This document shows positions 55,304-64,000 of a stretch of 64,000 nucleotides of DNA, in pieces (the stretch's first letter is position 1; each line of letters opens with the position of its first letter). This stretch comes from Octopus bimaculoides (taxonomy: Eukaryota). The notes under the pieces were generated by a model. The model saw only the letters and a program-made list of their open reading frames with translations, had not been told where the DNA came from and ran no database searches. The stretch is from positions 20,236,997 through 20,300,996 of the forward strand of contig NC_068998.1 in the NCBI RefSeq assembly GCF_001194135.2, in the 5' to 3' direction. A program made the translations under genes and the position numbers.

Positions 55304-55458
55304 ACATGATTGCAATTCCTGATTTTGCTGCCGGTGCCATGGAGAACTGGGGTTTGATAACCTATAGAGAAACGGCTATGCTTTACGATCCGAATGCATC
55401 CTCTATCATGAACAAGCAAAGGGTTGCCGTTGTCGTTTCACATGAACTTGCTCATCAG
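55304..55458 (+). CDS. M1 aminopeptidase exon with GAMEN and HEXXH: (D)[51 protein letters not shown]
   Basis: Canonical GAMEN exopeptidase motif and HELAH zinc-binding motif; tttcag acceptor and gtaaat donor. Confidence 0.98.
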
Positions 55459-56239
55459 GTAAATTATATTTTCATTTCATTCCACAGAAAAAAAGGCATT
55501 TTGCGGAGGAAATGAAGGTATCCGTTAGTCAGGGTCAAGTAATTCTAACATTAGAAACATGGGAGTTTATTTTAAGCTTCCAACTCCGAAAAGTGTGGCA
55601 AACGAATGTTGAAGAGACTGTGTTTCTATTATTAATTTCATTGCATACGTCTCTTTCTATATTTCTTTCCTTTTCGAGCGACAGCACGAATTTATGCATT
55701 TGGACGCCAGAGACCATACGCACAATACAGAGAGAGTCCAAAAAGCTACCTTTGAAATATAAATTAAAGACTAGAAACTATGCGAACGTTGAATTATCGC
55801 ATAAATAAATTCTCGCTATAAATAAATTAAGAACATTGGTTGATATATTCTTAAACAACATGGTGGTTGGTGGGATATCTTTGATCACAGTTCTATATGA
55901 TCAGAGCTGACCTCGACATACGCAATCACTATAATGTATTTCTTTAGTTAAAAGGCAAAATGTTTTCTCCTCAGATGAACCTCATCACTCGGTCTGTGAA
56001 GTAAGCCCGATGAGCTCGTTAAGTTGATGTTTTTGTCAGAGTCCTAAATTCTTCAATCTCGAGTATCTTAGAGTCATGCAAAAAGAGTAGAACACATTTA
56101 TGGTAATTTGCATAATTCAAGCAAAATTTTATTCAAGAGAATTGTTTTCTTTATACGCCAGTTTATGTGTTCGAGGTGAATACCGTAGTTGTATTGAGGG
56201 GTTATAATGATAGTGAAATACCAGTATCCACCATTTCCG

Positions 56240-56865
56240 TGACCTTCGATCCAACCCCATCCACACTCCTTCGTCTGGCCGAACTTGTCCTCTCACTTAA
56301 CTGCTTTTCGTTCGCGGGTGATTTTTACCAGAAGTTCTCGGGAGTGGTCATGGGAACGAGAATGGGCCCCAACTATGCGAACCTGTTCGTTGACTATGTT
56401 GAGGCCCAAATATTCTCCAGTTTCACTAGTCCCACTCCTGTACTATACGGTCGTTATATTGACGACTGTATCGGTGTGACCTCACTCTCCAGCGAACATC
56501 TAGACACTTTCCTCTCTTTTGTCAAATCTTTCCATCCTGCCCTCCACTTCTCCTGCACTGTTTCCGACACCGCAGTCGCCTTTCTCGACATTTCATCACT
56601 CCACTCTCATCATCTCCATCCACTACAAGCGCACAGACTCACACTCATATCTCAACTTATCCTCCTCCCACCCTAAACATACCAAACTCTCCATCCCCTA
56701 TTCCCAATTCCTCCGTCTACGCAGGCTCTGCAGTGACAACCATGACTTTGAGACTCAGTCTCAACTCATGGCTCGCCACTTCGTCCTATGTGGATATCCC
56801 CTCACTACTATCCACACTGCCCTTGCCACAGCACGTTCCGTAGACCGTGCATCTGCTCTCTCCCC
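56240..56865 (+). mobile_element. Penelope-like retroelement reverse transcriptase fragment, frameshifted, 3' part in N gap; in aminopeptidase intron
   Basis: LLRLAELVL, GVVMGTRMGPNYANLF, YGRYIDD and FLDI, then after a frameshift near 56595-56600, HYK.TDSHSYL..SSSHP.H.K.SIPYSQFLRLRRLCS. These are characteristic PLE RT and thumb motifs. Confidence 0.9.
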
Positions 56866-57837
56866 NNNNNNNNNNNNNNNNNNNNNNNNNNNNNNNNNNN
56901 NNNNNNNNNNNNNNNNNNNNNNNNNNNNNNNNNNNNNNNNNNNNNNNNNNNNNNNNNNNNNNNNNNNNNNNNNNNNNNNNNNNNNNNNNNNNNNNNNNNN
57001 NNNNNNNNNNNNNNNNNNNNNNNNNNNNNNNNNNNNNNNNNNNNNNNNNNNNNNNNNNNNNNNNNNNNNNNNNNNNNNNNNNNNNNNNNNNNNNNNNNNN
57101 NNNNNNNNNNNNNNNNNNNNNNNNNNNNNNNNNNNNNNNNNNNNNNNNNNNNNNNNNNNNNNNNNNNNNNNNNNNNNNNNNNNNNNNNNNNNNNNNNNNN
57201 NNNNNNNNNNNNNNNNNNNNNNNNNNNNNNNNNNNNNNNNNNNNNNNNNNNNNNNNNNNNNNNNNNNNNNNNNNNNNNNNNNNNNNNNNNNNNNNNNNNN
57301 NNNNNNNNNNNNNNNNNNNNNNNNNNNNNNNNNNNNNNNNNNNNNNNNNNNNNNNNNNNNNNNNNNNNNNNNNNNNNNNNNNNNNNNNNNNNNNNNNNNN
57401 NNNNNNNNNNNNNNNNNNNNNNNNNNNNNNNNNNNNNNNNNNNNNNNNNNNNNNNNNNNNNNNNNNNNNNNNNNNNNNNNNNNNNNNNNNNNNNNNNNNN
57501 NNNNNNNNNNNNNNNNNNNNNNNNNNNNNNNNNNNNNNNNNNNNNNNNNNNNNNNNNNNNNNNNNNNNNNNNNNNNNNNNNNNNNNNNNNNNNNNNNNNN
57601 NNNNNNNNNNNNNNNNNNNNNNNNNNNNNNNNNNNNNNNNNNNNNNNNNNNNNNNNNNNNNNNNNNNNNNNNNNNNNNNNNNNNNNNNNNNNNNNNNNNN
57701 NNNNNNNNNNNNNNNNNNNNNNNNNNNNNNNNNNNNNNNNNNNNNNNNNNNNNNNNNNNNNNNNNNNNNNNNNNNNNNNNNNNNNNNNNNNNNNNNNNNN
57801 NNNNNNNNNNNNNNNNNNNNNNNNNNNNNNNNNNNNN

Positions 57838-57879
<42 letters not shown>

Positions 57880-57954
57880 TGAGTGCGAGTGTTCGGAAGT
57901 GTATTTACTTATGTATGTATAATTGTTATTATTTGTATTTCTCTATCTTTAAAG

Positions 57955-58068
57955 TGGTTTGGTAACCTGGTGACCCCTCGTTGGTGGGATGATCTTTGGC
58001 TTAACGAAGGATTTGCCAGTTATGTGGAATATATGGGAGTCAACTTTGTCTATCCTAAATGGAAGATG
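57955..58068 (+). CDS. M1 aminopeptidase exon: [38 protein letters not shown]
   Basis: Supplies the third zinc ligand E, exactly 18 residues after HEXXH; aaag acceptor and gtaagt donor; phase 0. Confidence 0.98.
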
Positions 58069-58407
58069 GTAAGTATGAATCTTCGGCTCCACAACAATAT
58101 TTTCAATTCCTTTATTCATATATTGATCTATTCATTGGACTGGCGCCATACTGGGGCACATTCTCCAATGTTTTATATCGATCTAGTACATTGTCTGATA
58201 CTTATTGTATCAATTTCCAAAAGGATAAAAGGCACGATGACCTTGGCGGGAAGAGACGGTGTACGTACGATATTAAAGATGTATTTTTGTTTCATGATTC
58301 GTATAGCTATGTATATATATCTATATCTATATATATATATATATATGCGAATGTTTATATGTATACGTGTTTGTACTTTAATACGTGTAAGCAGATAGAT
58401 AGATACA

Positions 58408-58439
<32 letters not shown>

Positions 58440-59261
58440 GACAGATAGAGAGAGAGATGTATGTGCACATACATATATAGTATGCATCTATGTCTAAGTA
58501 TGTATGTATCTACGCCTAAGTATGTATGCATGTATGTATGTATGTATGTATTTATGTATGTATTTATGTGTGTATGCGTGCATGTATGTGAGTTTGTGTC
58601 TGTGTGTGCGCACGTGTGGTTCGGTAACGAATTGCCAAATAAAATCGATTCGTCGAACAAAACCTACCTTGTGGTAGTTTCGTTACAGTTCCATTCCTTT
58701 ACATCAATACTGACTTCCTTTTCAGCCTCTTCAAAATCGATTATATATATATATATATATATNNNNNNNNNNNNNNNNNNNNNNNNNNNNNNNNNNNNNN
58801 NNNNNNNNNNNNNNNNNNNNNNNNNNNNNNNNNNNNNNNNNNNNNNNNNNNNNNNNNNNNNNNNNNNNNNNNNNNNNNNNNNNNNNNNNNNNNNNNNNNN
58901 NNNNNNNNNNNNNNNNNNNNNNNNNNNNNNNNNNNNNNNNNNNNNNNNNNNNNNNNNNNNNNNNNNNNNNNNNNNNNNNNNNNNNNNNNNNNNNNNNNNN
59001 NNNNNNNNNNNNNNNNNNNNNNNNNNNNNNNNNNNNNNNNNNNNNNNNNNNNNNNNNNNNNNNNNNNNNNNNNNNNNNNNNNNNNNNNNNNNNNNNNNNN
59101 NNNNNNNNNNNNNNNNNNNNNNNNNNNNNNNNNNNNNNNNNNNNNNNNNNNNNNNNNNNNNNNNNNNNNNNNNNNNNNNNNNNNNNNNNNNNNNNNNNNN
59201 NNNNNNNNNNNNNNNNNNNNNNNNNNNNNNNNNNNNNNNNNNNNNNNNNNGTTACGCAATT

Positions 59262-59397
59262 GGTACTTAATCTATCAACCCCGAAAGGATGAAAGGCGAA
59301 GTCGACCTCGGCGGAATTTGAACTTAGAACGTAAAGACGGACGAAATACCGCTAAGCATTTCGCCCGGCGTGCTAACGTTTCTGCCAACTCGCCGCC
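59262..59397 (-). mobile_element. SINE family B, 5' part, close to consensus
   Basis: ccgaaaggatgaaaggcgaagtcgacctcggcggaatttgaacttagaacgtaaagacggacgaaataccgctaagcatttcgcccggcgtgctaacg. Confidence 0.8.
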
Positions 59398-60348
59398 AGG
59401 CCCTGTGAATCTATACGACTCGGGAATGATGTCTATACAGGCTTGGGAGCCCGGGGTGGCAAACGCATAGACTACCCCGTGCGGTATGCATTTTAGCTAC
59501 GTCACTCGGGAGAGTGCTACTCTTTCTATATGAAAAACATCTTATTCTTCATGTCCTGATGTAGTTCAGAGTGCATTCCAGCATCCCTGGGAGTGTCTTG
59601 ACCAGAAAACTCAGTCTCTAAGAGAAGCAAAGAGCATCTATTGCTCGAGTTAAGCGGATTTGTTTTGCTCTCTGATCTAAGGCGACAGAGCTGTTAATCT
59701 ACCCACCATTCACCTAACACTGGTGGAATCACAAGTAGTTCAATCGATTGTAATCCTTTCTTATAAACTATAAATTAGCTATTCGTATGCCTAGTCGAAA
59801 TAAACCGATAACATTGTGTAACGGTATTTTTTTTTTTTGTCTTTGGTCAGTAAGTGTTATTTTCTATTTGCTTCTATCTAGAAATCAAAGGAAATGACTA
59901 CTATTCCCTTTAAACTTTGCTTTTAATGATAAGGACATCAATGTTTTAAAACTGATCTATTTTCCATTACATTTCAGAGATTCAGTACTGAGTTGCTGAA
60001 GCAGGGATATTGTTGTAGCAAATATTCTGCTCAATACCACAGATTTGCTTGTCAGTTGCTTAACCATAACCACTTGAACATATCCCTTAGTGGCTGGCAA
60101 TATGTGCATCTCTGATCCTGAGCAGGAGTAATGGGGGAACATCATAGTTATGTGTTGAAAAGGATTTTGTGGGGTCTGAATAAATATAAGAAAAAACAAT
60201 CTTAGAAGGAAATATTAGCCATTTTTCAAACTTTCTAGGGGTAAAAGAATAGGAAATAACAGTTGCTACCCAAGGACAAAAGTCATGTTACAAAGTATGA
60301 TTAAACATATTAATAAATCTAACGCCAGTATCTGTTTTCTATTTACAG

Positions 60349-60483
60349 TTCCAACAATTTATTTTCAATGAACTGCAAGGTGTCATGGAGACAGATGGCT
60401 TAGCTTCCTCTCATCCAGTCTACGAAACTGTGAATAACCCAGATGAAATACAAGAAATATTCGACAGTATTTCTTATGCAAAA
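60349..60483 (+). CDS. M1 aminopeptidase exon: FQQFIFNELQGVMETDGLASSHPVYETVNNPDEIQEIFDSISYAK
   Basis: D.L.SSHP and IFD.ISY.K motifs (catalytic Tyr); tttacag acceptor and gtaatg donor; 135 nt, phase 0. Confidence 0.96.
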
Positions 60484-60884
60484 GTAATGTTTTTTGAAGT
60501 TATTGTTGTCGCTTGTTTTGTTGTTGTTGATGATGTTGCTGTTGATGTTGTTGTTGGTGGTGGTGGTGTTTGGAGGGGAGGTTGTCGCCCTTAAAACAAG
60601 CTGATATAGTGAATGACATACGCAAAAAACAAAATTTTCTATTAGAAATAAACCAGAGGTCGCCCAAACTTTTTAGACCATTGACCCCTTCATGGAATCC
60701 TTGACCCCTCATCAATCCCCAGGCATGTACAAGAAAATAAATAAATAATGATGATGATTAAATAGATGTGCATTTATCGAACCCTTGAATAGTCCCATAG
60801 ACCCCCCCCCCCATAGGTTGATATCGACCTCTTTGGAGACCCCTGAAATTAACAAAAACTTAGCGTTTCTTTTGACTCATAACA

Positions 60885-61085
60885 TTGATTTCAAACTTTT
60901 GTACGAGACCAGCAATTTCGAGGGAGCGGGTAAATACTTAACTGGTACTTATTTTATCGAACCCGAAAGAAGGAAAGGCAAAGAAAGGCAAAATAGACCT
61001 CCACGGAATTCGAACACGGAACGTAAAGATGAACGAAATGTCACTAAGCATTTCGCCCAGCGTGGTAATGATTCTGCAGGTTCGG
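60885..61085 (-). mobile_element. SINE family B
   Basis: Same consensus blocks. Confidence 0.7.
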
Positions 61086-62877
61086 CTTTTTATGACTCAT
61101 AACATTAACAACTCGAAGAGAAGATAATTTCATGAAATTCAAAATTCATTTAAAATGTTATGGGAGAGGGTTATATGATGGCTGCAACTCGATTTTGATC
61201 AATGCCAGGTGTTTTGGGGAGTTACTATCCCCACTAACACAAACCTTCGTTCCATCATGTATTTTGCTTTTTCGGCTTCGACAAGATTTTGTATGCATCA
61301 CATAGTACAGATGTTAAAAATCAAGCGGCGCCTGTATACGAGGCCTTGGGGCAAACCCTTGCATAGGGCCTAACCCAAACTATGCATTTGTCCCAAAAGA
61401 AGAACTGGTATCCATCACTGGATGCAAATGAAGTCGCAGGTGTTACACCAGAGTTTTCCAATCTGCTAGAGAGGCATCTAAACAAAGACTGAGAGTCTCT
61501 CACTCCCAACTGTTGGATGGCCATTGTTTCTACTGAGTTCATCTGCCCTTTGACAGGTTTTGTTTTCTTTTTTACAATGTCCAATGAAAAGAGCCCTTCT
61601 TACCAAGCAAGCCGACATACATACATACATACATACATACATACATGCATGCATGCATACACACACACACACATACATACATACATACATATATACATGC
61701 ATGCATACGTACATGCATACATATGCATATATAAGTCATTGACTTAGCCTGGGTCACCCACTCTCCTCGGTTTTTCAGCCCTCATCCCTTTCAATTCCCA
61801 TACATTCTGCAAATTCATTTCTTCTAGGTCATCATAAAGACTGTGAATCTGACGATTCGTTAGGACGTCAGATAGATCGCTTTGCGCCGTCTGTTCCGAG
61901 CCATTGCGTTCTTATTTCAAATCCTGCCAATGTTAACTTCTTCTTTCACACTTTTGGACTCAGTAAATAAAGTGCTAATCTGGGTCGGATTCTTCTTTTT
62001 CAACTTCTCTTTCTTTCTTCCTTCGTGGTTCAGATTCCCAGACCAGGGTTTGCGTTGTGGTTTTGAGCAAAAGTTCTTAAAATCAGAGCATGAATATCAC
62101 TGAATTCCAGAGTTCTTGCTTCCACTCAGAGAGAATATTTTTACTCGTAATTCAATATCGTAAATAAAGTGTTAGTCTGGGTTAGATTCTTGTTTTTCAA
62201 CTTCCCTTTCTTTCTCTCTTCCAATCTCTCTCTCTCTTTCTTTCTTATTTTTCTCTCTATCATTTGACTGTTATAGCTGACAAGATAATATCTTGTAAAA
62301 AAAAACACCCGAAGGATGGTAGCTGCGTAACGACTTTGCCTTTCTCCTTGGAATAATTCCATGTCGTATTCTGTGTGTGCATGTCAGAATTTGGACATAG
62401 TATCGCCAAATTGTTGAGAAACTTTGCATTGTAATCACAAGGTTCAACGGTGTCTTCTGAATGAAATTAAATGGACGGAAGCTATATGGCAGCACATCGG
62501 CTGAATTGTATTTGAAATTCAACGGTCTGACCATGTCACACACTGTCTCTCTGATTCTGCCTACTGTTTTAAGTTAAGGGCACATGTGTTTGCGGAATAC
62601 TCAATGAACGGATAGCTCATTTGATCAAACAAATGAATACTCATCGTCGACACCGACGGAGATTCATTTACTTACTGACTTGCTCGTCAAAGATAAGTCA
62701 CCAGAGGTCATTAGTGGATTTGATGGCGGAAAAATAAGGAAAGATTCCCGAGCACTTTTCTTATTTCTCTTCGAAGACGTATTTTCTCTGAAACGTCAAT
62801 ACTCGTGCTTGTTCGCATCATAACAAACTAAACTGAATTTGTAAATCTGTTTTAAATTGATCGTTCATCTTTTATAG

Positions 62878-62943
62878 GGTGCCTCCGTCATACGTATGAT
62901 GAAGTTTTTCTTGGGTGAAGAGACTTTCAGAAAAGGGCTCAGG
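62878..62943 (+). CDS. M1 aminopeptidase exon: GASVIRMMKFFLGEETFRKGLR
   Basis: GASVIRM continues SYAK-G; ttttatag acceptor and gtaagt donor; 66 nt, phase 0. Confidence 0.95.
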
Positions 62944-63092
62944 GTAAGTCATATTTAATTATTCTTTGCAATTTCACAATGAAATGCAGTGACGAGGGTT
63001 GGATGAAGTGACAGAAAAGTGATGTGATGGTTAAGAGATGTGATGTAATGTTCTGACAGTGGGGCGAGCTTATATGATATCAAAGTCAAACA

Positions 63093-63512
63093 GGCGTGGC
63101 TGTGTGGTATAGGCGCAGACGTGGTTGTTTCGTAAGAAGTTTGCTTCCGAACCACGTGGTTCCGGGTTCAGCTCCACTACGTGACACCTTGGTCAAGTGT
63201 CTTCTATTATTATAGCCTCGGACTGATCAAAGCCTTGTGAGTGGGTTTGATATGCGGGAATTGAAAGAAGGCCATCGAATATATATACATATGTGTGTGT
63301 ATATGTGTGTGCGCGTGTCCGTATCCATGACAACGGTTGTTGGTGTGTTTGCGTCCCTGTAACTTAGCAGTTCGGCAAAAGGCACCAATAGGATAAGTAC
63401 CAGCTTAAAGAAAAAAGAAAATATGTACTGGGTTCGATTCGTTCGACTAAAATTCATCAAGGCCGTGCTCCAGTATGGCGGCAGTCTAATTACTGAAACA
63501 AGTCAGAGATAA
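63093..63512 (+). mobile_element. SINE family C
   Basis: Homologous to 45093-45512. Confidence 0.8.
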
Positions 63513-63808
63513 AAGATAGTATCTGTTATCGATACGGTGATGGCGGTTGGTTGTCGGTGATGGCGCTGCTGCTGTCGGGCGTAGTGGTCAGGAGGATGTA
63601 TCGGGTGTAATATAGTGTGGGGTTCAATGTGATATCGGAAGGGGTAGATGGAGGGGGGTTGTGCCGCATCAATAACAGTAGCGCATAGATTCACAGCCTC
63701 AAAGGCTGTTATGGTTGCGTTGTTGATTAGATGATGCTTCGAGCTAGGAAGAGTTTGCGGCGGCGGTGGTGGTGGTCGTGGTGGTGGTGNNNNNNNNNNG
63801 TGGTGGTG

Positions 63809-63841
<33 letters not shown>

Positions 63842-63968
63842 ATGCCTGTGGCGCCGGCAGCTTTGGTGGTGGTGATAATTGTGGTGGCGATGATGGCCAT
63901 GATGGTGATGACGGTGGTGTAGAGCTAACAACTTTGGAAATCATGTGGTGGTGTTGATGATGACGATC

Positions 63969-63999
<31 letters not shown>

Positions 64000-64000
64000 C

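Overview
Eukaryotic, AT-rich, microsatellite-dense genomic DNA with many N gaps. The repeat content and small exons in ~2 kb introns suggest an octopus or other coleoid cephalopod (inference). One protein-coding gene is visible on the + strand: seven consecutive exons (47587-62943) of an M1-family zinc aminopeptidase (aminopeptidase N-like) with intact GAMEN, HEXXH(X)18E and SYAKG motifs. Its 5' exon(s) were not found and the gene continues beyond the window. The rest is a mosaic of at least three tRNA-derived SINE families, decayed LINE fragments (R4/Dong-like restriction-like endonuclease, RTE), a frameshifted Penelope-like RT, a 655-bp DNA transposon with an 8-bp TSD carrying (TTAGGG)n, and simple repeats. 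The most notable pattern is a set of short fold-back (inverted-repeat) elements at ~12.5, 18.6, 29, 33.2 and 48.3 kb. Each carries a type I hammerhead ribozyme motif or half of one, several with a non-canonical 10.1/11.1 pair. They resemble non-autonomous Penelope-like or retrozyme-like elements. All folds were done by eye and catalytic activity is untested.
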